DNA from: Candidatus Margulisiibacteriota bacterium
Lineage (GTDB): Bacteria; Margulisbacteria; Marinamargulisbacteria; JBFWNS01
Length of the DNA stretch: 64,000 bases
Reading direction: 5' to 3'
Assembly: GCA_050250935.1 (NCBI GenBank)
Contig: JBFWNS010000007.1
Span: 1 to 64,000 of the forward strand
The position numbers were made by a program, and so were the translations under genes. The notes beneath the pieces are model-generated. The model searched no databases. It was given only the letters and a program-made list of their open reading frames with translations, and was not told the DNA's origin. Positions 8,475 through 19,047 of the stretch are shown piece after piece; the first letter of the stretch is position 1, and every line of letters starts with the position of its first letter.

Positions 8475-10724
8475 ATGGATTATTTTCTGCCTCGTTTTGT
8501 CTGGCTTATTCCGGTTTCGGTTGGGGTTTGTTTTTTGGTCTTGCTTTGGCAAAACCGACAGCCCTTTGAAAAAGCACCGGCTGAAGTTTGCGAAGCCAGC
8601 ACCTTGATTGGGAATGATGTTCTGTCGTTTTTGAAACGTCATTTTATGTTTGTGAGCTCGATTTTATTGTTTGTGTTTTTGTTTATGGTGGGTCATGGGG
8701 TTGTGGGGCTCTACAACCCCTTTTTACCCTTTGCTTTCGTGAGCGGGGGATTCTTAACGGGTTTTGCAGGGTATTTTGCGGCCCGAAAAAACACCGAATC
8801 CATTGCCGTTGGCCACCTTTATTCGACCGAAAAATCCTGGACGAAAACCCTTAAAACCTTGCTGGACCGAGGCCTTGTTTCGGGGCTAATGACCTTTGCT
8901 TTGTGTTTGCTGGGTATCGTGTTTTGGTATTTTTTGTTGAACCTGGTTTTTGACCACAATTTGTTGGGGTTAAGCCGACATATTTTGCAGACCATCGAAC
9001 CCGGAAAAACCTGGGATGCGGCTGTGGTGGGCTCTCCTTTATTTGAGCGGTTTAAGATGGTGGAAATTTCCATTACTTTGCTGGCCTATGGTTTGGGCTC
9101 TTCGGTGGTGGCCTTGTTTGTCAGATCCGCCACCTCGTTGTTTGCCAAAGCGGCCGATACAGCTGCCGATACTGCTGGTTATTTCGAAGCCAGTTTGGCG
9201 CCGGATGATGCCCGTAATCCAGCGCTGTTTGCCGATGCGGTTGGCGATCATGCCATGAAATCGACGGGGGTGGTTACCCAGTTGTTCGAGTCGTTTACCT
9301 TGGGAATTTTGGGGACAGTCAGCATTGGGCTCTCTTTGGCCTATATGGAGCCCAGTCAGGCTCTGTTTCACAAAGTGTTTAACCCCATTTTAGTGGGTGC
9401 TGTGGCTATTTTTTTGGGCTATTGTGCCGTCAAAATGGTGGCGGGTCGCCGCATAGAAAAAGCGGGCGATGTGCTCGTTTCTTTTAAGTTGGCCTTGGTG
9501 TTGGCCTATGCCTTGGTTACGGTGTTTTTGCTGGGGCTTTATGCCACCCACAATTTGGGATTTGGAACGCTGTTGGCCATTGAAAGTGGGTTTATTTCCA
9601 GTTTGGTTTTAACGTGGATAACCCTTTATGTGTTGGATCCTGCCCAAAAACCGGTTCAAGCGGTTGTGGCCAGTTCTTTTCAATCTGAAGGGCTGCTTAA
9701 GGCCCTGGGTTTCGGATTTGGGGCCACCTTTTTGAAAGGGATTGTGTTGGGCTTGGGCTTTTTGGCGGCCTTTGTTGTGGCAGGCGGAACCCATCACTAT
9801 TTGTATGGGATTTATGGCATTTCCTTTGCCTCGTTTGGTTTGTTATTGCCCGGGGTTGTGTATGTGGCCTTTCAGTCTATTGCACCCGTTGCGGATACCG
9901 CTTCGATGCTGATGGCTGCAGGCGAGGCCGAACACAAACACTGGTTTTGCCAGTGGGATAGCTTGGGCAACACCTTGGCGGGGAACCAAGCCTCGTTGTT
10001 GAACACGTCCTTGGCGTTTTCGGCCATCACGTTTTTTGTGGTGATTTTGGATTCGATCGTGCATTGGATTCAAGAATTGGTGATTTTGGGTAGCCCCCAA
10101 ATTGCCCACCTAACCTTTGGCCACGATCATTTAACGGTCATGTCCATTATTACTTTGTTTCGGGTGGATTTGCTGAATCCCATGTTTATGGCGGGTTTGT
10201 TTTTGGGCGGTAGTGCCGTCTGTTGTTTTGTTTGGCTCACCATTCGGGCCATTCACCGGGTTTCGGCTTCAGCCTTGGTTCCGGTTCGCGAAGCCTTAAA
10301 ACAAGACCGTATTTTGAACCGAATCGATAGGCCCCACTACGCTGCGGTGGTCGATCATTTGGTGGTGGCTGTGGAGCGTTACAGCTTGTTGATTCCTTTT
10401 TTGGCCTTGGTAATGCCTGTGGTGGTTGGCGGGCTTTTAGGGGTCGCCGCTGTTTGTGGGTTTCTGCTGGGGAGTTTGATTGTCGGGGTGATGGTGGGCG
10501 GTGCGGCCCTGGTCTGCGGGTATTTGTTGGACAATGTAAAACTACAGGTGGCCGAACAGTTTGGAACCCACAGTTATGCTTTCCAAATGGCCCAGTTGAA
10601 CGATGGCATTGGCGACTATTTAAAAGATGCCGTGGCCCCGCTTTTGCATTTGGTGATTAAGTTGTTTTTCTTAAGTACTTTAATTTTTGCAGGGATCATT
10701 TTGAAAGTGATGGTGTTGGTTTAG
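8475..10724 (+). CDS. Divergent membrane pyrophosphatase (HppA)-like protein with several catalytic residues altered
   Basis: Many TM helices. KAADTAAD, DDARNP..ADAVGD, DSLGNT, DNVK and DGIGDYLKD align with the membrane PPase motifs. Confidence 0.8.
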   Translation: MDYFLPRFVWLIPVSVGVCFLVLLWQNRQPFEKAPAEVCEASTLIGNDVLSFLKRHFMFVSSILLFVFLFMVGHGVVGLYNPFLPFAFVSGGFLTGFAGYFAARKNTESIAVGHLYSTEKSWTKTLKTLLDRGLVSGLMTFALCLLGIVFWYFLLNLVFDHNLLGLSRHILQTIEPGKTWDAAVVGSPLFERFKMVEISITLLAYGLGSSVVALFVRSATSLFAKAADTAADTAGYFEASLAPDDARNPALFADAVGDHAMKSTGVVTQLFESFTLGILGTVSIGLSLAYMEPSQALFHKVFNPILVGAVAIFLGYCAVKMVAGRRIEKAGDVLVSFKLALVLAYALVTVFLLGLYATHNLGFGTLLAIESGFISSLVLTWITLYVLDPAQKPVQAVVASSFQSEGLLKALGFGFGATFLKGIVLGLGFLAAFVVAGGTHHYLYGIYGISFASFGLLLPGVVYVAFQSIAPVADTASMLMAAGEAEHKHWFCQWDSLGNTLAGNQASLLNTSLAFSAITFFVVILDSIVHWIQELVILGSPQIAHLTFGHDHLTVMSIITLFRVDLLNPMFMAGLFLGGSAVCCFVWLTIRAIHRVSASALVPVREALKQDRILNRIDRPHYAAVVDHLVVAVERYSLLIPFLALVMPVVVGGLLGVAAVCGFLLGSLIVGVMVGGAALVCGYLLDNVKLQVAEQFGTHSYAFQMAQLNDGIGDYLKDAVAPLLHLVIKLFFLSTLIFAGIILKVMVLV

Positions 10725-10749
10725 ACGTTAAGATGAAAAGGGAGCAACC

Positions 10750-11052
10750 ATGCTAGACCGTATTGGTGCGTATTTAGATCAAGAATTGGGTAAACCGTTT
10801 TCGCGGATTCAAGTCTCGGCCCAAGTCGAGCAAGGTCATGCGGTGTTGGTGGATATCTCGAAAGAAAAAATCGTCCTGACTGTGCAATCCGAAACCCTTA
10901 AACAGGTCTTTGAAATGTCTGTGGATTCGGGGCTGCTTTTGTACGATAACCACGATGCTGATGAATCCATGTACCGGGAATTTGCCCGACACATCCGTGA
11001 GGTTCAGCGTCAAATTACAACTGGTTCGGCGACCCTTGTGGGTCAGGTTTAA
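10750..11052 (+). CDS. Small hypothetical protein
   Basis: 100-aa ORF with a GGGAG RBS, filling the gap between two plus-strand genes. Confidence 0.7.
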   Translation: MLDRIGAYLDQELGKPFSRIQVSAQVEQGHAVLVDISKEKIVLTVQSETLKQVFEMSVDSGLLLYDNHDADESMYREFARHIREVQRQITTGSATLVGQV

Positions 11053-11066
11053 AAAAGGAAAGCGCA

Positions 11067-12830
11067 ATGTCTAGTTTAGGTCCCATTCCTGGTTCGAGTC
11101 CTTCGTTTCATCCCTCTGCTTTGTCGGGTACCGATGCAATGGGGGCCCAACATGCTGTGGGGGGGGCTACGACTTCGGTTGGGGGTGTGGGTACGCCGGC
11201 AGGGGCTGTGAATTTGTCACAATCCGCGGCGGCCAAAACGGCAACGGCGCACTTGTTGTCCCAGGTTGCCGAAAAAGCTGCAGAGCCCAAAAGCCACCGG
11301 ATTGGCCATTTGGCTGAAAAGGTGGTGGGGGTAACCGGGATGGTTTCGGAAAATATGGACAATTTAATGGAAATGATGGCTGGCGAAACCGATTCCACAT
11401 CGGCTACCGAAGTGGCCCATAAAGTTGCAGAAGGGTTCGAACATGCTGCCAACGCTGTGGCTACGGTTGCGGCTGTTGCTGCTGTGTTTACCGGGGTTCG
11501 CGAAATTCAAGAAGGCCAAGAAGTGGTTCATCAAACCCGAGCAACTGTTGCCGATGCCGCCAGAAAAGGGGCCGATGCAAACACCATGGCCGGCATTCGA
11601 CAAGCAGCCCGAGATGTGGTGGCCACGACTCGCCTTAATCAAGTTAAGGCAGCCCTCGAGGTAACCCGTGCGGCCGTGACCCTGGCCCATTCCAGTGCCG
11701 AAGTTGCTGTACAGGCTGCCAGTACCGGTAGCACCGTGGCCACCCAAGCCACGGCGGCCAGCCACGTTTTGTCGGTGGCTGGTGGGTTTGTTACGGGACT
11801 TATTTCTGGGGTTTCCTTGGGTGGTAACATTGCCACGGTGGTGAAATCGTCGGTGAAAATTAACCAGATGCAGTCCGCTCAAAAAAAGGTTCAGGCCGAA
11901 CTGGTCGAGCTTCAAAAAGAGGCCAGTAAGCTTTTAGAAAACCATGTGCCGGGCCAAGATGCCATCAAAGATCAGGCCATCGAAGAGAATATGCACTTGC
12001 AAAACCAGCTCAAAATAGAGTCTAGCCGGGTGGATTCTGCCGTCAAAATGCTAAAAAAAGGCCGGGATATTGCCATTGCAACGGGGGTTAAAAATGCCCT
12101 GATGGCCACCTCGAGTGCCTTAAGCGTTGCCATGACCTTTGGGGCTCCGGTGTTGGCAGCTACGCCCATTGTGGGCTGGGCTTTGTTGGGGGCAGGGGTG
12201 CTCATGGGCATTGGGCTTGGCATTTATTGTGCGATTCAAAATAGAAAGGCAGAGCAGGCCGCCTCCCAACGGGCGCAGTTGTTCAAAACCTCGGCCGATT
12301 TGAATGGCATGGTCAAGGAATTTCAAAATACCATCCAAAAAATGATGTCCGAAACCAAGGCTCCCGATTTTAAAACCCTAACGGTTGCCGAGGTTAAAGA
12401 GCATTTTCAGTTGTTGAGCGAGAAGGCCGATGCCAAAAGCAAGGCGGTTACTGCGTTGATCAACAATCCGCCCAAAGATCCTGGTGAATTAAAAGACACG
12501 GTCGACAGATTGGCCGACGAGGCTGCGACTTTGGAACAACAACTTCAGTTTTTCTCTCGGTTTACGGCGGCCCTGGACGCAGCGGGTGTGGATGACAGCA
12601 TGAAGGTTGCCGATATTACCGATCATTTGAACGCAAAAGTAAATGTTGCGGCCAATTTGGGTCTTGAGGCCGGAAAACTCAAAGGACTTGGCGAGGTGGT
12701 TCGGGCCATGCCAGACGCTTTTGCGGGTTCTAAATTTATGGGCGTGGATATGTCCCTTTTAATGCAACTTAAAGGCGGCGAAAAATTGGCCCAACGGTGG
12801 GTCACTTCCTTGTCCCCACGGTCGGCCTAG
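11067..12830 (+). CDS. Ala/Ser/Thr-rich coiled-coil protein with hydrophobic hairpin (translocator/effector-like)
   Basis: 587 aa; AAAGGA RBS; Ser/Pro-rich N-terminus; Gly-rich hydrophobic segments flanked by coiled coils. Confidence 0.7.
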   Translation: MSSLGPIPGSSPSFHPSALSGTDAMGAQHAVGGATTSVGGVGTPAGAVNLSQSAAAKTATAHLLSQVAEKAAEPKSHRIGHLAEKVVGVTGMVSENMDNLMEMMAGETDSTSATEVAHKVAEGFEHAANAVATVAAVAAVFTGVREIQEGQEVVHQTRATVADAARKGADANTMAGIRQAARDVVATTRLNQVKAALEVTRAAVTLAHSSAEVAVQAASTGSTVATQATAASHVLSVAGGFVTGLISGVSLGGNIATVVKSSVKINQMQSAQKKVQAELVELQKEASKLLENHVPGQDAIKDQAIEENMHLQNQLKIESSRVDSAVKMLKKGRDIAIATGVKNALMATSSALSVAMTFGAPVLAATPIVGWALLGAGVLMGIGLGIYCAIQNRKAEQAASQRAQLFKTSADLNGMVKEFQNTIQKMMSETKAPDFKTLTVAEVKEHFQLLSEKADAKSKAVTALINNPPKDPGELKDTVDRLADEAATLEQQLQFFSRFTAALDAAGVDDSMKVADITDHLNAKVNVAANLGLEAGKLKGLGEVVRAMPDAFAGSKFMGVDMSLLMQLKGGEKLAQRWVTSLSPRSA

Positions 12831-12919
12831 TAGGGGCCTTTTGACTGGTTTTCCGGCTGAAGCTGTGATAAGCTTTCGAGGTTTCTTTTTGCCAAATTTA
12901 TTTCCCCAAGGAGTTTGTG

Positions 12920-13870
12920 ATGTCGAAGAAAAAAGTAACCGTTGTTGGCGCAGGTTTTGTCGGCGCAACGGCAGCCCAACGCATTGTTGAAAAACAATTG
13001 GCGGATGTGGTTTTAATCGATGTGGTTGAAGGTCTTCCCCAAGGAAAAGCCTTGGACATGATGCAAAGCGCCGCTGTCGAAGGGTTTGATACCCACATTG
13101 TGGGCACCAACGACTACAAAGACACCGCAAACTCGGATGTGATTGTCGTAACCGCTGGTATTGCCAGAAAGCCTGGCATGTCCCGCGACGATTTATTGGC
13201 CACCAATGCCAAAATTGTGGGCAGTGTTGTGGAGCAAGCGGCTGCGGTTTCCCCCAATGCCATTCTCATTATTGTCTCCAATCCTTTGGATGTCATGACC
13301 CAGTTGGCCCAAGCCAAATCGGGGTTCCCAGCTCACCGCGTGTTTGGGATGGCCGGGGTTTTGGATTCGTCCCGCTATGCCCGTTTTATTGCCGAAGCCT
13401 TGAATTGCTCCATCAAAGACGTTCGGGCCATGGTATTGGGTGGCCACGGCGATTCGATGGTTCCTGTTCCTGAATATTCGACTGTTAACGGTATTTCCAT
13501 TACCCAATTGTTGCCTGCTGATAAAATCGAAGCCATTAACACCCGCACCCGCAATGGTGGGGCCGAAATTGTGGGTTTGTTGAAAACCGGCAGTGCCTAT
13601 TATGCACCTTCTTCTTCAACCGTTGCGATGGTTGAAGCGGTTTTGCTCGATTCGAACCGCATTTTGCCCGTCTGCGCCCATGTTGAAAATGCCTATGGTA
13701 TTCAAAACCTCTATTGTGGGGTTCCTGCAGTGGTTGGGTCTACTGGGGTTAAGCGTATCCACGAAATTAAATTGAACAGCCAAGATTTGGCAGCGCTTCA
13801 AAAATCGGCCACCGATGTTAAAGAGTTGGTGTCTCGCATGGAATCGTTGCTTGCCGTTAAGGAAGGATAA
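12920..13870 (+). CDS. mdh: Malate dehydrogenase (LDH-like)
   Basis: [35 protein letters not shown] and GGHGD motifs. Confidence 0.96.
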   Translation: MSKKKVTVVGAGFVGATAAQRIVEKQLADVVLIDVVEGLPQGKALDMMQSAAVEGFDTHIVGTNDYKDTANSDVIVVTAGIARKPGMSRDDLLATNAKIVGSVVEQAAAVSPNAILIIVSNPLDVMTQLAQAKSGFPAHRVFGMAGVLDSSRYARFIAEALNCSIKDVRAMVLGGHGDSMVPVPEYSTVNGISITQLLPADKIEAINTRTRNGGAEIVGLLKTGSAYYAPSSSTVAMVEAVLLDSNRILPVCAHVENAYGIQNLYCGVPAVVGSTGVKRIHEIKLNSQDLAALQKSATDVKELVSRMESLLAVKEG

Positions 13871-13872
13871 CC

Positions 13873-14553
13873 ATGTTGAAACAGTATTTAGCTTCTTCTA
13901 TCGGTAAAAAGCAAGTGGTGGCCGTTTCGGGCCTGATGTTGATTTTGTTTTTGATTATGCACTTGGCCGGCAATTTGTTGATCTTCAGAGGCCCTGATGT
14001 GTTTAATGCCTATTCTGAAAAGCTCCATTCTTTGGGCCCTGTTTTGTTTGTGATCGAATTGTCGCTGACCGCTGTGTTTTTGATTCACATTTGTTTTACC
14101 GCAATGGTGGTGGTCGAAAACCGCCGGGCCAGAGCCAAAAACTATGCGGTGAACAACAACCCTGTGGTAAAGCGCTCGTTGCCAACCCGCTTGATGCCCT
14201 ACACCGGTGCCATCCTGATTGTGTACCTGATCAGCCATTTGATCGACTTTACCTTTACCGAGCCCAGTGGGGCTATGGCCATGGTTCACGATCGTTTTCT
14301 GGGCCTGTATGGGTTGGTGTTTAATTCGTTTTTAAGCCCAATTCGGGTGGTGTGGTACTGGATTGCAATGGCAGCCATTGGGTTCCATTTGGCCCATGCC
14401 ATTCAAAGTGTGGTTCAGACCTTTGGGTTTAACCACCCTCGCTATACCCCGGTTATTCAAAAAATCAGTTTGATTTTGGGGATTGTTATTGCCTTGGCCT
14501 TTAGCAGCATCCCCTTTTATGTGTTGTTTTTGGCCTCTGGCGGTTTGAATTAG
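13873..14553 (+). CDS. sdhC: Succinate dehydrogenase/fumarate reductase cytochrome b subunit
   Basis: SSIGKK N-terminus, five TM helices with His ligands, directly upstream of sdhA. Confidence 0.92.
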   Translation: MLKQYLASSIGKKQVVAVSGLMLILFLIMHLAGNLLIFRGPDVFNAYSEKLHSLGPVLFVIELSLTAVFLIHICFTAMVVVENRRARAKNYAVNNNPVVKRSLPTRLMPYTGAILIVYLISHLIDFTFTEPSGAMAMVHDRFLGLYGLVFNSFLSPIRVVWYWIAMAAIGFHLAHAIQSVVQTFGFNHPRYTPVIQKISLILGIVIALAFSSIPFYVLFLASGGLN

Positions 14554-14565
14554 AAAGGAGTCGGT

Positions 14566-16488
14566 ATGACAACACATAAACTGGATTCAAAAATTCCCTC
14601 CGGCCCCATAGCCGATAAGTGGACCAAGCATAAATTCGACATGAAATTGGTCAACCCGGCCAACCGACGCAAACACACCGTGATTGTAGTAGGAACCGGT
14701 CTGGCTGGCGCTTCGGCTGCCGCTAGCTTGGGCGAGATGGGCTATCATGTTAAGTCGTTTTGTTTTCAAGACAGTCCCCGTCGTGCCCACAGCATTGCGG
14801 CACAGGGCGGGATCAATGCGGCCAAAAACTATACCAACGATGGGGATAGTGTTCACCGCTTGTTTTACGACACCGTCAAAGGCGGGGATTTCCGTGCCCG
14901 AGAAGCCAACGTTCACCGTTTGGCCGAGGTCAGTGGCAACATCATCGACCAATGTGTGGCCCAAGGCGTTCCCTTTGCTCGCGAATATGGCGGATTGTTG
15001 GACAACCGGTCTTTTGGTGGAGCTCAGGTTTCTAGAACCTTCTATGCCAAAGGTCAAACCGGCCAACAGTTGTTGTTGGGGGCCTACAGCGCCTTAATGA
15101 AAGAAGTGTCCAAAAAAACCGTTACCATGTTTCCCCGCCGGGAAATGTTGGACTTGGTGGTCATCGACGGGGTTGCCCGCGGCATTGTGGTTCGTAACCT
15201 AATCACCGGAAAAATCGAATCCCACGTTGCCGATGCTGTGGTTTTGGCAACCGGTGGCTATTCCAACGTCTACTATTTGTCGACCAACGCCAAGGGCTGT
15301 AACGTGACGGCGGCTTGGCGGGCCCATAAAAAAGGTGCCTTGTTTGCCAATCCTTGTTACACCCAAATTCACCCCACCTGTATTCCTGTGCACGGCGATT
15401 ACCAATCCAAACTGACCTTGATGAGCGAAAGCTTGCGTAACGATGGTCGGGTTTGGGTTCCCAAAAACAAAGACGATCGCCGTCCTCCCCAAGCCATTCC
15501 CGAAGATGAACGGGATTATTATTTGGAACGCAAATACCCCAGCTTCGGAAATTTGGTTCCCCGAGATTTGGCCTCTAGAAATGCCAAGCAGCAATGCGAC
15601 AAAGGCAAAGGGGTCGGCCAAACCGGATTGGCTGTCTATTTGGACTTTTCTGATGCCATCAAACGCTTGGGCGATTCGGCCATCGAAGCCAAATATGGCA
15701 ACTTGTTCGACATGTACGAATGTATTACTGGCGATAACCCCTACAAAACCCCAATGATGATTTACCCTGCCGTGCACTACACCATGGGCGGCTTGTGGGT
15801 GGATTATAACCTGATGAGCAACATCCCTGGTCTGCACGTGATTGGGGAAGCCAACTTTTCGGATCACGGTGCCAACCGATTGGGAGCCAGTGCTTTGATG
15901 CAAGGATTGGCTGATGGGTATTTTGTATTGCCTTATACCATTGGTCACTATTTTGCGACCCATGCCCAACCCAAAGTCACCACCGATCATCCCGAATTTA
16001 AGGCGGCCGAATTGGCGGCCGAAGAGCGGATCAAAACCCTCTTGTCCATCAAAGGGAAGCGTACGGTTGACGATTTTCATCGCCAGTTGGGTCTTTTGAT
16101 GTGGGACAAATGCGGTATGGCCAGAAACGAAGAAGGCCTCAAAGAAGCCTTGGTCAAAATCCCCGAAATTCGCGAGGAATTCTGGCAAAACGTGACGGTT
16201 TCAGGTAGCGAAGGCGAGCTGAATCAATCCCTAGAAAAAGCTGGCCGCGTGGCTGACTTCTTGGAATTTGCCGAATTGTTGGCACACGATGCGCTTCAAC
16301 GCAAAGAATCTTGCGGTGGACATTTCCGCGAAGAAAGTCAAACCGACGAAGGCGAAGCCCTTCGGGACGACGAAAACTTCTGTCATGTTTCCGCTTGGGA
16401 ACACAATGGGGTTGGTAAAGCACCGACCTTGCACAAGGAAGCCCTTGATTTTGAAACTGTTCACCTCACACAAAGGAGTTACAAATAA
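14566..16488 (+). CDS. sdhA: Succinate dehydrogenase/fumarate reductase flavoprotein
   Basis: [37 protein letters not shown] and ESCGGHFRE motifs. Confidence 0.97.
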   Translation: MTTHKLDSKIPSGPIADKWTKHKFDMKLVNPANRRKHTVIVVGTGLAGASAAASLGEMGYHVKSFCFQDSPRRAHSIAAQGGINAAKNYTNDGDSVHRLFYDTVKGGDFRAREANVHRLAEVSGNIIDQCVAQGVPFAREYGGLLDNRSFGGAQVSRTFYAKGQTGQQLLLGAYSALMKEVSKKTVTMFPRREMLDLVVIDGVARGIVVRNLITGKIESHVADAVVLATGGYSNVYYLSTNAKGCNVTAAWRAHKKGALFANPCYTQIHPTCIPVHGDYQSKLTLMSESLRNDGRVWVPKNKDDRRPPQAIPEDERDYYLERKYPSFGNLVPRDLASRNAKQQCDKGKGVGQTGLAVYLDFSDAIKRLGDSAIEAKYGNLFDMYECITGDNPYKTPMMIYPAVHYTMGGLWVDYNLMSNIPGLHVIGEANFSDHGANRLGASALMQGLADGYFVLPYTIGHYFATHAQPKVTTDHPEFKAAELAAEERIKTLLSIKGKRTVDDFHRQLGLLMWDKCGMARNEEGLKEALVKIPEIREEFWQNVTVSGSEGELNQSLEKAGRVADFLEFAELLAHDALQRKESCGGHFREESQTDEGEALRDDENFCHVSAWEHNGVGKAPTLHKEALDFETVHLTQRSYK

Positions 16489-17240
16489 TGAAGGACACCA
16501 TTAATTTAACCCTTAAAATTTGGCGTCAAAAAAGCACCAATTCTCCCGGGAAATTCGAGGTTTACCAAGCCAAAAACATCGATGTTCATTCGTCGTTTTT
16601 GGAAATGTTGGACGTGGTTAACGAAACCCTGGCGGTTTCGGGTATTGAGCCGGTTGCTTTCGACCACGATTGCCGAGAAGGCATCTGTGGCAGTTGCGGT
16701 GCGGTGGTCAATGGTCAGCCCCATGGGCCCCGTCGTAAAACCACTTTGTGCCAGTTGCACATGCGCCATTTTAAAAACGGCGATACCATCGTCATCGAGC
16801 CGTTTCGCGCCAAAGGCTTTCCGGTGGTGAAAGACTTGGTGGTCGACCGTGCAGCTTTTGATCGTGTGATTGCATCGGGTGGGTTTGTGTCGGTTCGTAC
16901 CGGTAGCCCCCAAGATGCCAACAACATTTTAATTCCCAAAGAAGCGGCCGACAAAGCCATGGATGCCGCCCAATGTATTGGCTGTGGGGCCTGTGTTGCG
17001 GCTTGTCCGAATGCTTCGGCCATGTTGTTTGTTGGGGCCAAAGTCAGCCATTTGGCTTTGTTGCCACAAGGTCAACCCGAGGTGAAATTCCGGGTTAAAA
17101 ACATGGTTAAACAAATGGATGCCGATGGGTTTGGCAACTGCTCGAACGAATATCAGTGTGAGGCGGCTTGTCCCAAAGGCATTAGTGTTTCCAATATTGC
17201 GCGTATGAACAAGCACTTCTTGGGTGCAAGCCTTTCCTAG
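16488..17240 (+). CDS. sdhB: Succinate dehydrogenase/fumarate reductase Fe-S subunit
   Basis: [21 protein letters not shown] and C..C...CP clusters. Confidence 0.97.
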   Translation: MKDTINLTLKIWRQKSTNSPGKFEVYQAKNIDVHSSFLEMLDVVNETLAVSGIEPVAFDHDCREGICGSCGAVVNGQPHGPRRKTTLCQLHMRHFKNGDTIVIEPFRAKGFPVVKDLVVDRAAFDRVIASGGFVSVRTGSPQDANNILIPKEAADKAMDAAQCIGCGACVAACPNASAMLFVGAKVSHLALLPQGQPEVKFRVKNMVKQMDADGFGNCSNEYQCEAACPKGISVSNIARMNKHFLGASLS

Positions 17241-17826
17241 CTTGGCCGGAGAACTGCTCGCCTCTTTTCAAGAAGCAGCCCGGTTAATGAACCTGGTTGC
17301 AAACGACAAGTCCTTGGTGGCCACCACCGAGGACTTGGCCGCCACCTTGGCCGATGTGTTTCAGGCCGGGGGCAAGGTTTTGATTTGTGGCAATGGGGGC
17401 AGTGCTTGCGATGCCATGCATTTTGCAGAAGAGTTTACCGGACGCTACCGTAAAAACCGACCCGCTTTGCCGGCCCTGGCCCTGACCGATTCGGCTCACA
17501 TTACCTGCGTGGGCAACGATTTTGGCTTCGATGCCATTTTTGCCCGTGGGGTTGAGGCCTTTGGAAACCCTGGGGATGTCTTAATCGGTCTGTCCACCAG
17601 CGGCAATTCGGTTAATGTGATTCGGGCGTTTGAGACGGCCAAAGAAAAAGGCCTGACCACCGTGGCCCTGTTGGGCAAAGGCGGTGGCGCTTTGGCGGGA
17701 AAAACCGATATTGAATATGTTGTTCCTGGCGACACGGCCGATCGGATCCAAGAAATTCACATGGCCATTTTGCATATTGTGATCGAAGGGGTAGAACGCC
17801 GGTTGTTTCCCAATCATTATCTCTAG
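17224..17826 (+). CDS. gmhA: D-sedoheptulose 7-phosphate isomerase
   Basis: [25 protein letters not shown] and RIQEIH motifs; start codon uncertain. Confidence 0.95.
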   Translation: MQAFPSLAGELLASFQEAARLMNLVANDKSLVATTEDLAATLADVFQAGGKVLICGNGGSACDAMHFAEEFTGRYRKNRPALPALALTDSAHITCVGNDFGFDAIFARGVEAFGNPGDVLIGLSTSGNSVNVIRAFETAKEKGLTTVALLGKGGGALAGKTDIEYVVPGDTADRIQEIHMAILHIVIEGVERRLFPNHYL

Positions 17827-17841
17827 TTCAGGAGGGGTTTT

Positions 17842-18186
17842 ATGTCGGTTTCTTTTTATTTGATTTTGCACGTGATGGCCGTATTGGTGATGGCTTCTGG
17901 TTTGGGTGCCCTGTGTTTTTCTGCTGAAAAATCCAAAGCCGCCAACATCTTTTTTGGGATTAGTTCTTTGGTGGTGTTTGTGGCAGGGTTTGGGTTGTTG
18001 CACAAAATGCACATTCCCTTCCAAACCCCTTGGGTTCTAAGCAAATTTGCCATTTGGGTCTTGGTTGCGGCCACCGCCCCGCTGATCGTAAAACGAGCGC
18101 CTCACCTCAAAAAAACAGCGTTTATCGTGTTGATGGGTCTGTTGTTGGCGGCGGTTTATGTGGTGTTTACCAAGGCTGGGATCTAG
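17842..18186 (+). CDS. Small 4-TM membrane protein (SirB2-like)
   Basis: 114 aa, four hydrophobic segments, PWVLSK motif, AGGAGG RBS. Confidence 0.7.
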   Translation: MSVSFYLILHVMAVLVMASGLGALCFSAEKSKAANIFFGISSLVVFVAGFGLLHKMHIPFQTPWVLSKFAIWVLVAATAPLIVKRAPHLKKTAFIVLMGLLLAAVYVVFTKAGI

Positions 18187-18192
18187 TTTTTG

Positions 18193-19047
18193 ATGGGGTC
18201 TGTTGGGGTTCTTTTTGCGCATTTTGATGCCGAGGACCGCATTCGGGACCACATTGTTTTTCATTTAAAAGCTTGGTCAGATTTGGGGGCAAAGGTTGTG
18301 TTTATCACAACAAGCAAACCGGACGAGGCCCAATGCGATCGGATTCGGCCCTTTGTTAAAACCATTGTGTTTCAGCCCGAGAATGTGGGCTTTGATTTTT
18401 ATGCGTGGTCGTCCTATTTAAAGGGTCATCGTGAGGAAGTCTTGGCTTTGGATTGGCTGATTTTGACCAATTCGAGTGTGTTGGGGCCTGTGTTTCCCTT
18501 GGCTCCCATTTTGAAAACCATGGCGAGTCATCCGATTTGGGGGATGACTGAGAATTTTCAGCCCCGGCATCACCTTCAATCCTATTTTATGGCGTTTCGG
18601 TCTGATGTTTTACAAACTGAGTCGTTTTGGACATTTTTTACAACTATTATTCCCTTTGCCGATGCACATTCAACCATTTCGGCTTACGAAACCACCTGGA
18701 CAGCGTATTTCGAACATCAAGGCTGGACCCCAGTTTCCTTTTCCCCTCCGAAATTGGGGTATAGAACCCAATCGGAAATTAAAATTTTGTCCTTCGAGCC
18801 TTCTGCAAAAGACGACTCTTTGCTTGCTTCTTGGCATTTTGGGCTTTTTCGCTATGGGCTAAGGCGGGTATCCATTGATCCTTGTTATTATTACCCGGAC
18901 GAATTGTTGGCTGTTGGAATGCCTTTTGTAAAAATGAAGTTGTTTTCGAACAATACCCATGGCCGGAATCTAGGGGGACTTTTGGACAAGATCGAGCAAG
19001 CGGGGATTTCGGTTGCGGACTGCCCGGCTTTACGGGGCAAGATCTAG
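18193..19047 (+). CDS. Rhamnan synthesis F (RgpF)-family protein
   Basis: LFAHFD, NVGFDFYAW, LTNSSVLGP, HLQSYF and PFVK motifs. Confidence 0.85.
   Translation: MGSVGVLFAHFDAEDRIRDHIVFHLKAWSDLGAKVVFITTSKPDEAQCDRIRPFVKTIVFQPENVGFDFYAWSSYLKGHREEVLALDWLILTNSSVLGPVFPLAPILKTMASHPIWGMTENFQPRHHLQSYFMAFRSDVLQTESFWTFFTTIIPFADAHSTISAYETTWTAYFEHQGWTPVSFSPPKLGYRTQSEIKILSFEPSAKDDSLLASWHFGLFRYGLRRVSIDPCYYYPDELLAVGMPFVKMKLFSNNTHGRNLGGLLDKIEQAGISVADCPALRGKI

Noticed and set aside
15199..16188. 329-aa minus-strand ORF
   Set aside because: Antisense shadow of sdhA with no recognisable motifs.
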